From the NCBI RefSeq assembly GCF_009914755.1, contig NC_060938.1: 64,000 nt of DNA. One strand, written 5' to 3'. The notes under the pieces are model-generated. The model worked only from the letters and a program-made list of their open reading frames with translations. It made no database searches and had not been told where the DNA came from. Numbering within the stretch: position 1 is the first letter of the stretch; every line of letters starts with the position of its first letter. The position numbers were made by a program, and so were the translations under genes. Shown one piece after another: positions 13,480 through 24,626 of the stretch. Origin of the DNA: the human T2T-CHM13v2.0 reference genome, Homo sapiens.

Positions 13480-14190
13480 AAGTATAAGCTTAGAAATTAT
13501 TTAATTTTATATTACTATAGATTGCAAAAAAATGTAATGGAAAAAATTTCCATTCACACTATCAAAAACAACATATAAAAAATCTAGGACTAAAACTAAT
13601 GTGAAATGTCTGAGACTTACATGTTGAAAGCTAGAGTTGTCTAGATTGTTCCAAAAAAAAAAAAAAAAAGACATGAATGAATGAAGAGACACACTGGACA
13701 CAATGCCATGGATAAGTGAACTGAATGGTATAGAGATGTTGAGTCTCCTCAATTTAGACTACAAATACAATGCAACTCCAATCAAAATCTCAATAGAATG
13801 CTTTATGGAAATTGACAAGATAGTGCTGAACTCCTTCAGAAAAGAAAATGTACATGAACTGGCAAAGAAAATATTTTAAATAAAGAATAATGAGAAGCTT
13901 AGCTTGCCCTGCCATAAAAATGGCTATCAAGCTACAATAACTAAAACAGTGCCATATCAGCCCAGGAAGAAATGAAGGGAGAAATATAAGAAGAGAGAGA
14001 GGAGTTCAGAATTGGTGCCAATTATGTTTGAGAATAAAATGCATAGCAAAGAGGGCATTTCAAAACAATAAAGGAAAGATACCTTATCTTTATTCAAGGA
14101 ATGAAGTTACATTTGGTTATCTATTTGTAGAAAAATAAGCAAATGCCTTCTGCAAAATACATCCCCAAATAAATAATTTTTGATGGATTT
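13480..14190 (+). mobile_element. Old L1M ORF2 fragment (continues ~14600-14748, 16060-16160 and 17130-18600)
   Basis: aatgcaactccaatcaaaatctcaatag...gaaattgacaag...aagctacaataactaaaacagtg. Confidence 0.7.
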
Positions 14191-14828
14191 GTTCATTCAC
14201 TTTAGAAATGTTTATTGAACATCTATGCCTTAAGGCCTTACTAGGCACTTGGGAGCATGGTAGAGGATGAAACAGACAGGGACCCTGAATTAATGGCTCC
14301 TACAGTGGGGAGCTAGACAATAGACAAGGTAATAAAGATGTTACTGTGAGAACTGCTAAGAAGGGAACCAGTCAACTTCCATGACTGAGAAGATTGGGGT
14401 TTCATCAGAGAGGACCTTGACTCAGAAATGCAGGGTGGAGTTTGAGGCAGAAGAAAAGGCATGTGAAATGCCAAACCCAGAAAAAGGCTTGATGTGTCCT
14501 AGAATCTGAAGGGAGCCTGTTGGCCTGAACATGGTGTGTGAAGGCAGGAATGTCAAGACATGAGGTTACAGAGGTAAGCAGTATTAGAAATCTAAATGTC
14601 AAAGGGACAAGGAAGAAGAGTAGAGAAAATCATGGCTGACTCTGCTCCCCAAGAGAGCAGAGGTGGGACAGTCTTCCTAAGAAGAAAGGAAGATGGGGGA
14701 GAGTCTTCCTAAGAAAGATGCAAAACCCAAAAGCCATGAAACAGATAATGTTATGGTTTGAATATGTCCCCTCCAAAATTCAGATGTTGAAACTTATGGC
14801 CAATGTGATGTTATTAAGAGGTGGAGGC

Positions 14829-15180
14829 TGATATGGTTTGGCTATGTCCCCACCCAAATCTCATCTTGAAATGTAGCTCCCACAATCTCCATGTGTCATG
14901 GGAGGAACCCGGTGGGAGGTAATAGAATCCTGGGGGCAGGTTTTTCTCATGCTTTTCTCATGATAGTAAATAAGTCTCACGAGATCTGATGGTCTTATAA
15001 AGGGCAGTTGCCCTGCACATGTTCTCTTGCCTGCCACCGTGTAAGACATGGCTTTCCTCCTCCTTCCCCTTCCACCATGACTGTAGGTTTCCCGAGGACT
15101 CACCAGCCATGTGTAACTGTGAGTTCATTAAACCTTTTTCTCCTTATTTCTTTACAGCAGTATGAAAATGGACTAATACA
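14829..15180 (+). mobile_element. THE1 solo LTR
   Basis: tgatatggtttggct...gactaataca; 5-bp TSD gaggc/ggggc. Confidence 0.92.
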
Positions 15181-15185
15181 GGGGC

Positions 15186-15457
15186 TTTTTTTTTTTTTTT
15201 TGAGATGGAGTCTTGCTCTGTTGCCCAGGCTGGAGTACAGTGGAACAATCTCGGCTCACTGCAACCTCCACCTCCCAGGTTCAAGTGATTCTTCTACCTC
15301 AGCCTCCTAAGTAGTTGCCTGGCTAATTTTTGTGTTTTTTGTAGAGACAGGGTTTCATCATATTGGCCAGTCTGGTTTTGAACTCCTGACTCTGTGATCC
15401 ACCTGCCTCAGCCTTCCAAAATGCTGAGATCACAGGCATGAGCCACTGCACCCGGCC
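15186..15457 (-). mobile_element. AluS SINE with ~25-bp internal deletion
   Basis: Poly-T, Alu body; TSD taatacaggggct/taataaaggggct. Confidence 0.92.
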
Positions 15458-15540
15458 TAATAAAGGGGCTCTAAGAGGTGATTGGGTCATGAGGGCTCCT
15501 GCACTCCTGAATAGGATTAAGGCCCTTATCAAAAAGGCTC

Positions 15541-15809
15541 TGATATGGTCTGGCTGTGTCTCCATCCAAATCTCACCTTGAATTGTAGCTTCCATAATTC
15601 CCACATGTCATGGGGGGGATTGGTGGGGTGGGAGATAATTGATTCATGGGATGGTTTCCCCCATACTGTTCTCATGGTAGTGAATAAGTCTCATGATTGC
15701 TAGGCTTCCTCAGCCGCGTGGAACTGTGAGTCCATTAAAACTCTTTTTCTTTAGAAATTACCCAGTCTCTGGCATGTCTTTATCAGCAGCATGAGAACAG
15801 ACTAATACA
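15541..15809 (+). mobile_element. THE1 solo LTR, internally deleted
   Basis: tgatatggtctggctgtgtc...gactaataca; perfect 5-bp TSD GGCTC. Confidence 0.92.
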
Positions 15810-17490
15810 GGCTCCAAGCAGCATTCACCCTTCTAACTTCTGCCGTGTGAGCACACAGTGTTTGTTCCCTCAGAAAGACTCAGCATTCAAGGCACCATCT
15901 TGAAAGCAGAGACGGAGACCAGGCCCTCACCAGACAGTGAACCTGCCAGCACCTTGATCTTAGACTTTCCAGCCTCCAGAACAGTGGTAAATAAATTTCT
16001 GTTGTTTAAGCCATCCAGTCTATGGTACTTTGTTATAGCAGCACACATAGACATAGACCGAAATTCTTCAGCAAAACAACTACTACCACCATTACACTTT
16101 TAGATGACAGAATTCTCCATAAACAAAGTTAAAAAATGGAGAACATGTTTGCAGCACGTCTTAATGAGGATCACAATATTATTAACGGTGAGCACCCATA
16201 GAGCACTTGATACATGCTTTACAAAAGTTAGCTACATATAGTCCATGAGGCAAGCACTATTGTCATCCCCACTGAACAGATGAGGAAACTGAGAGACAGA
16301 CAGAAGTCACTTGGTCAAGATTGCTCAAGTAGGTAGAAGGACCTGATCCCAACCCCAGCCGCCTGGCTCCAGAACCCATTTTCCTCTCCACCAGGCTCCG
16401 CTGTCATGCCAATGCCACCTTTCTGTGTATTTAATTCGAAACAAAGATGGCCAGTGGATTCATTACCAAGAGTCAGCCATGGGCCCTTCCATGGTATTTT
16501 TATCACACGTGAACCTGTCCTGGGCAATGGGGCCCAACCCTGGGCCTCCCTCCAGGATGAATGAAAGCTGCAGCCCAGTTTCTGGCTCAAGCCCGCATGG
16601 TTCAATTCTAGGACAGGCAATTCTGATCGATTCTCTCCTGCTGTCCCAGCAACAGCTCGGGCTCCCAGGCCACAGGGCCAAGGGCTCAGGACTCCCAACA
16701 ATAAGGTCTTCCATGCCAGAGAGGCTGTTTTCTCTCCAGATCAGGTTCCTACCACTGAGGAGCCTGTAACTCCTGTCCTGGGGGAATTTTCCCTCCCGTT
16801 CTCAAGTTGAGCTTTTTACCTCTTCAGTTTTCAAAACATCAAACCTTTGATCCCCTGCCCCATCAGACAAATCCAGCTTAATTGCCTCAGTGGGCCCAGG
16901 CATGGAAATCAAAGACCTGTTTAGGGAGGGTGCCTGCCACCTGGCGTGTTCTCCTCCCTGGGCCTACAACGCACAAAACCCTCCCAGCCATGGGATTAGG
17001 GAGGGCCCGGACACCAAGAGCAAAACCTGGCACCATGCCTGGTAGAAAGAGAAGCCTGAGGGTGGAGACACGATTTGGGGAAATATCTGTCATTTCTTTA
17101 AGGAGTGCCTACAGGTAAGAAACATAAAAGTTACTTTCTCAATAGATTATTTTACTACATTAATAACTCAGTAAATTATAAAGCCTCTTTATAAAGTTAA
17201 TACAAAAGGGCAAATGAGAAAGGAAAAAAATGTCCAAAAGTTATATATAGTCAATGCAAGGAAAGTAAACACAAATAGCCAATAAATTTATAAAAAAGAT
17301 TAATAGGCCTGCTATTAACCAGAGAAATGAAAACTTAAAAGTTGTGGTACAATTTTCAACCCTCTGATTTACAAATAATTTTTTAAAATGCAATTGGCAA
17401 AAGTTTTGGAAAGCAGGCACTTCTTAACAAACTGGTACTGGTACTTAACAAACTGGAAGTGAAAACTGGTACCATTTTAAAAGGGCCATT

Positions 17491-17632
17491 TTTTATAATA
17501 AAGGGCTTTTTTATAATAATTTAAAACATACACATACTGTTGACCAAGAAATTGTATATTTTATAATAAAAGGGCTTTTTTATAATAATTTAAAACACAC
17601 ACATACTGTTGACCAAGAAATTGTATATTTTG
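17491..17632. repeat. ~70-bp tandem duplication
   Basis: ttttataataaagggcttttttataataatttaaaaca(t/c)acacatactgttgaccaagaaattgtata, two near-identical copies. Confidence 0.92.
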
Positions 17633-17819
17633 TAATATGTAAATACTCATGCATTTAAACAAGTATATTTAAAATAATATGCAACTTGGTATACAATGAT
17701 ATTTTTAGCAATGTTTGTAAAATATAAAAATGTTAAAAGTAGGATCAGTTAATTAAATATAAACTATGGGATTTTCTTTTTTTTTTTTTTTTTTTGCTGC
17801 CATTAAAAAATGTGCCTCA

Positions 17820-18114
17820 AGCCAGGTGCAGTGGCTCACGCCTATAATCCTAGCACTTTGGGAGGCTGAGGCAGGTGGATCACCTGAGGTCAGGAGTTCA
17901 AGATAATCCTGGCCAACATGGCAAAACTACATCTCTACAAAAAATACAAAAAATTAGCTGTACGTAGTGGTACATGCCTGTGATCTCAGCTACTCAGGAG
18001 ACTGAGGCAGGAGAATTGTTTGAACCCAGGAGGCAGAGGTTGCAGTGAACTGAGATCGTACCCATGCACTCTAGCTGGGGGGGCAACAGAGTGAGACTCC
18101 ATCTCAAAAAAAAA
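17820..18114 (+). mobile_element. AluSx/Sz SINE
   Basis: Full dimer; TSD aaaaaatgtgcctca/aaaaaatgtgcttca. Confidence 0.93.
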
Positions 18115-18606
18115 TGTGCTTCATGGAAATTGGCATAGAAAGACATTCGTTATGTTATTCAGGGAAAAAAACTAATATAAATTAAAATACATACAGTGAG
18201 AAAAGCAATTTAAAGGAAAATATAAAATATATACTCTTGAAATACATTGATATATGTGCATCCATCTATGCATTGATGAATGCAAGTGTATGCATTATAT
18301 TGCATGTGATATGATATATATGCAGATATATATCCATGCAATTAAAGCATACATAAATATGCTTATTTATTCCTACTAAATATATGCCAATGGAATATCT
18401 CTGTTTCCCAGGTATTTGCATATCTCTGTTTCCCAGATTGATCTTTCTAGAAGGGTATAGAAATATAAATACGGGCAGCTCGAAGAGTAGAAGAGGGAAG
18501 AGTAGAAAACATAAATAATGAAAGACTTTTCCTTCTATATGTTTCTCTATTTTTTTTTCATTTTTGCAATCCGGTGTTACTTTTTAACTTTAAAAAAATT
18601 TTATAA

Positions 18607-18958
<352 letters not shown>

Positions 18959-19559
18959 TCATACGTGTCCACGCATGGTGCACATAAGTGGGTGTCTGCC
19001 CCCCTCCCAGCCTCTCAACGGTCTCAAAGGGTGCAAGCCAGGTCCTCATGAGCAGCCTTTTCCATTCTCTACTAGCTGAGTTAAAAGAAAGTTCTTCCCT
19101 TCCACAGAGGTCCTAGGTCCCCTGCCTGTGGGCACCAGGTGTACACAGCTGTCTCTGGCTGGAAATCAATGGTGCATGGACTTTTGAAAGCCCTTATGGA
19201 AGGTGGAGTTGGGAGCATTACTTGAGGACATGAAGAACGTCCTGATTCAGGACAGATTCCCCATGTCAACCTAAACTCTGCAAAAATGCAGTTTTCTTAC
19301 TCAAGCCTCAAAGCCAATGTCTACATAAGAAATGCCCACTAGGAGCTGGTGGCTTCTGCTTCTGGAACACTGCTTGGAAATTTCTAATCCACTCCCTGTT
19401 TTGCCTTCAGGCAGGAGGTGCAGACCGTCCTGTTTGCAAGACCTCCACAAGTTCAGTAACACCTGCTCACGGGGTCCATTAGAACCACAGGGCATCAGCT
19501 TCACAAGGTGCAATTGGGAAGTGTCTCAGCATGAACAAAGTTGCTTCTCATTCTACAGG

Positions 19560-20045
19560 CAGTGAATCTTCCTGCACAATGTAACTGCCTGAGGGGGCTT
19601 TTTAAAACACACATCTCATCCCGACACCCCTGCTTCAAACCTTGCGGCCCCTCGGCCCAGCAGTTCACCGCTGTTGCAAATGCAGCCTCAAGTTCAGTCA
19701 GACTCCCTCACATACCCCTACATGTAGTTCTTTCTGTCTGCAAGGCCCTCCTCCCCCAGCATTTCCATTTAACCCTCATCTTGCTTGTTTAAGACTCACT
19801 TCAGATGTCATCTCTTCTGGAAGTCTTCCCTGGCCCCAGCCTCCCCAGGGTGGATTGGTCCTCCTCTGTCCCCTGCAGCTCTCCATCCTGCCTTCTGCTG
19901 CCTTGCTGGTCTCAACCACAAGATCAGAGGCTCCATGAGGATAAGTCCCCATCTGCTTCTCCCCATCTCCCCCATGCAGCCTGGCAACTGCGTCTGGCAA
20001 ATCCTTGTTGAATATGTGAATGAATGAATGAATACATAAATAAAT
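19560..20045 (+). mobile_element. L2 3' end
   Basis: aagactcacttcagatgtcatctcttctggaagtcttccctg...ttgttgaatatgtgaatgaatgaatg tail. Confidence 0.7.
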
Positions 20046-20062
20046 GAAAAAAATGAACTCAC

Positions 20063-21962
20063 CCAATGGAAGGAAACACCCATGGAAATCAGAAGCAACT
20101 TACTGAAAATACAAACAGATACCAAAAACATCTTTATAATACCAGAGGACTCCAGTTTGCACACCATGGAATAGAGGAAGCCACAGGTAAAAAGGTATCA
20201 CCGGGCAAAATCAATTAAGTTTCTCTCTTCCCCCTGCACCCCTCTCCCTGCACCTGTGACTTGACTGTTTCCTAGGTTTCATCCATGGGTTCCCACTTTC
20301 CCCATTGCTGGGCATCAAACTTACTCAAGACACTTGGGGTCTCCCAGGAACTTAAAGGTTACAACCCTGATCACTCACACACTCCTGCCTCTTCAGATCT
20401 TGGATTAAATCGGAGGCATCAGAACCCAGTATTGACTCTGAAATCAGGCCCCCATTCTATCCTCCGAGAGCTTGTGGTCCTGTGGTCATTTCACTCCACA
20501 TTCCTGGACTCACTGAATATATCTGCCTGTGGTTTCCCCTGGACAAAAGAACACAAGACAGAAAACACACAAACCAATAAATGCCTTCATCAGTCACTGT
20601 CCTCAGGAATTTCACAGTCTATGGGGGAAAAGAGACAGGTAGACAGAAACAAGCTAGAAAAATAGAAGCGTGGACAAGATGGCAGGGAGAGCAGAAGGAC
20701 TCACTCCAGCTGGGAAACTGCAGGAAGGAAGTGTGTGGGGTGAGCTAGCTGTGCAGCCCATGGGGAAGGAGAAGAACAGCAGGCAGAGGGGAGGGCCCAG
20801 TAGGCAGAACAGAGCCAGAGACATGAAGTGTCACGAGGTGCATGGGGGGCCAGCGGGAGGCTCCACGTGGCTCAGGGTCGGGTAGCAAGGGCTGAGGTCA
20901 AAAAGGAGTCTGCAGAGGGCCACATGGACACAGGCTTCGGGTGGTCATCCACAGGCAGTGGATTTTAATCTCTTTTTAAAACAACCTAGAAGGAATTTAA
21001 TGGTTAGCCAACCTGAATGTCATTCAGCACCGGTAATGTGTTAGTGCCAAATAATCAACATCACCCTGAAGAGTTACCAGAATGATGATAAGGAATTCCA
21101 TGTACAGAGTCAGAGCCTCTTGGGAGGACACCTGTCATAAGCCTTGGGCTGGTGCTTATTTCTTGGCACAAGCATTCACCATACATTTCAAAACGGAAAA
21201 CAATCTTTTGAGGTTCTACACTTCAGAAGTAATGTGAATTGTGACTCCAGGTTTAAGATATTACTAAATTCCATGTAATCATCATTATCCTGTGTATAAA
21301 TATACACAGACCACAAAATAATTTTCACATTGAAATGAATTTTTAAGGGAACGTTTCAGGTAAAATGACATAATCTTCACATTTTGGAGCCTATGACCTT
21401 CTGTGTGTTTGATTTTCCAATTCCAAACCTCTCTTTTGGTGAATTGCTAAATTGTCTCGGTAAACGGATTTTAAAACCTAGCTTTGAAAACTACCAGCTA
21501 AGTCATCTCAAATATCTGTTTTATACCTACACATATATTTAGTGGGTCTTTTTTCCTCCTAAACTCAACCCCTGTTTAAATGGAGAGTCCAGACTGATTG
21601 ACATGGAGGTTACTGAGTTTACTCACCTCTAGAGTCAGATGTGATGGTAACAGGTGGATGAACACACATTTTGGAATTCCTTGCTGAATACTGTTTTTTT
21701 TGCGGCACACAGAAGAAATAGCAGCATTAGGTGTGCAATAAGAACAGGTATTGCATAAATTATTCCAACATTCAAGATTCAACAGAAACAAAATGCATTT
21801 TTTTCAAGCACTTTAAACTTCATAAACTTGGGTGTACATTCCAAAACATTCAATCCAACATAGGATGTACTTCAACTGATCAAAATGGTTTTGAAGAATT
21901 ACTTGCTATCTAAGGGACTTTGTTACTTACAAAATAACTTTTCTAAAGATCTGTTTGGCCAG
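20063..21962 (-). other. Cluster of candidate small exons (unidentified lncRNA, gene or unitary pseudogene)
   Basis: Paired AG acceptors and GT donors (most GTRAGT) at 21962-21931, 21690-21627, 21131-21078, 20538-20514, 20437-20379, 20102-20063. Confidence 0.35.
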
Positions 21963-24565
21963 CTATAGATAGAAAGTACGCAGAAAGGGAGAGCTTTGCT
22001 TCTAAAAGGTTGAACTTCAAAAGAGTTCAGACATATTTCCTATCAACATGGTTTCCAGCAAACTTTTCAAACATGAAGGCCGTGACTTGGCACTGAGGTC
22101 CAGAGAGAACTTCTTCTGAGATGGCTTCAGTGCATTAGAGTACTTAGTCATGTGGGGCAGGTGGGGGAAACTAAATTTAGGGTCTAAGTGGCAAATGCAC
22201 AGGCAAGAACTTCACCAGGGTGAGCCAAGTGGGAAGGGGATGCCAGTTAGAGGGGAGCATTACAATGGCGAGGTTCCTAGAAATTAACAAGACACCTGTG
22301 CCTGTTTTGAGAACATTCTCCTTAGCAGTGACTCTTTGCTTCTAGACTTAGACTCAGGTCTTTCTCAACTGTAGGGATATCTCATCTTCAGTATTAATAA
22401 GCTGACTTCTTGAACAACCTAGCAACACAGCAATGCACTAAGACTCAGGAAACGAGTACTAAGATCAGGAGCATCCCTGGAGGATGCCTTCTCTCTGCCC
22501 CCACCCCAGTTTTCTGGGTGCCTGCCTCTATGGAAGGGATGGTACTCATGGCCAGAACTCCAAGTGTGACACAGATGTCTCCTACATCCTGGAGCAGAGT
22601 AGGGCGGAATTTGGGCTTACTACATAGATAACCTATCTTTTTTCTGAGCCTCGGTTTCCTTGTCTGTGAAACAGGAATAATAACAACTTCTGGAGAGGGC
22701 TCTAATGAGTAACAGATGAGAAGAAATGTAGGAAGTAGACTATAAATTATAAAACACTACTGAGATGCAAATTATCATGATTATTTATAAGGACCCAAGG
22801 GTTGTCCCAAGACGTGTTTTTTCCGCATCTCAGTTCTTCCATCTCTTCTTTGGGACACCTCATCTCCCCCTAAATGCCTCCCTTTGCTGGGATACAGCCT
22901 CCCCTGCTGGTCTCTAAATTAGCCCATCCTCCTAACACTTCTCCTTGAGAATTTCAATTCCTTTAATCCAGTGAAATAAGAAGTTCAGGCCATCATCTTC
23001 AAAGAATAAGAATAAAATTTGGGGACCAAAATTATACCCATTGGGACTGCTTCTGTAGAAATACTTTGGAATTCCTTTTCATGCCCTATTAAATAATTAA
23101 AATGTTTCTTTTCTGCATTCAATGTTAGTTATTTAAATCTTAGTCCTAAGCTCCTTTAGCAACTTTATTAGCACAAAACTTTCTTTGCCAGTTGGATTAG
23201 TTTTATAGATTTTTGCATAGAAGGAATGTACGCAGACAAATACAAGTGCGTGGCTATGGTTAACATCCTACAATCCTAGGAAATAGGTTGAATTTAAGCT
23301 GACCTGACCAATCTCACTCCACTTAATAGCTTATTAGCTTAATCGGTGTCTTCCATTTGTGTCAGGAGCTGTTAGCACATCAAAATCTTTTGGTAGATTC
23401 CAGCAGATGAAAGTCACACCTCACCCTCCCACCCCATCCCAGAATGGATGCTCAATGTTAATGACTTGAAATTTCATAGTTAGGCAGAAAAACAGAGTCA
23501 CAAAATCTTAGGACCAGAAGATAATCATATAGGTAAAGCCACAAGGGCCAAGCAATAAACCTGATTTTGGCCATTCCTTCAGCCTCCCTCCTAGGCCATA
23601 TTCACTCAAACTTCACACCTAACACACTCCTTCTAAGATAAACCTGGAGACCGAGGGAGTTGTTAGTGAAAGTCTAGTGTCAAGATCAGCATCAGGTAAA
23701 GAGAGAAAGCAACAGAGAGCTCGTGACGCCCACCCTCCAGAGCCAGTTAGGATGAGGGGAGACTGGCTGTGCATGTCCAATTCCCTGTCATGGAGGCCAG
23801 GACAAACCACGAACCATGAGGAGGGCCCCCAAGGCTGGGAGGCAGGGATTGTCTGGAGGCTGCTGCAGTTGAGATTCAAGGGTTGAGAACACAGCAGGTC
23901 ATCGTCAGAGCCAAGAGAAGGCCAGGCCTCTGTGGGCCAGGCCAGGAAAATAATGGCCAAACAAATTGAGTGGCTGACGAGACTCAGCACAGAGCTTGTA
24001 GCTGGGATGCTGTCTTATGAGGGCAGTTCTTGGCTGCACAAAACTCCCAACAGCCTGGAGCTGGGCTGGTGCCTCAAAGAAAAAGGCCCAGGCTTTGTTT
24101 TCTACCTGAGGAGCCCTTGCCAGGGAGGCACACCTCCCCTTTCTCCCTGCTGGGTCTTACTGGCCATCCTCAGCGGTATCTTGCTCAGGGCACCGTTGTG
24201 GAAGTGGGGCTCTAAGTGCTCTTCATTTCAAGTAACATTAGCTTCCTTGTCTCTGCTTAGCTGAAGCTCCATTTTTTTCCAATTACACAGAGGCTGTCTG
24301 CATGGGAGGAGGTGACTGCCTTTGGAGCAAAAGGTGCTGAGAATGTAAGGAGAAGAAATTGCTATTGGCGTGTATGTCTTTGTTACAGCTAAAGGAAAAC
24401 GTGGATCGGGTGATTGTACTCACACCTTTCAACACATTCCGTTCCTTTATTTAAACAGGGATGATGCCCTCGTGTCACTGGGAAGATGCTGGATGCTGGG
24501 ACTGTAGGAGGCGTGCTCGCAGCATAGGCTGGCAGGGAGGCCAGGGAAGGTGGAGCACAAGAGGC

Positions 24566-24626
24566 CAGGGCTGGAGGTGCTGGCCAGGTGGTAGGGCTGG
24601 AGGTGCTGGCCAGGTAGTAGGCCTGG
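24566..24626. repeat. 26-bp tandem repeat, ~2.3 copies
   Basis: agggctggaggtgctggccaggt(g/a)gt repeated. Confidence 0.85.

Larger units (their letters stand above)
14749..16060 (+). mobile_element. MST/MLT1A-type solo LTR interrupted by two THE1 LTRs and an Alu
   Basis: tgttatggtttgaatatgtcccctccaaaattc start; resumes 15471-15540 and 15815-16060 (gccagcaccttgatcttagactttccagcctccagaac...ataaatttctgttgtttaagcc). Confidence 0.85.

Noticed and set aside
21190-21289. DNDDYMEFSNILNLESQFTLLLKC reading resembling an EF-hand/calbindin segment; 9-bp stem ctgtgtata-aa-tatacacag at 21290-21309
   Set aside because: Short similarity that needs an assumed frameshift and exon skip to form an EF-hand; not enough for a family call.
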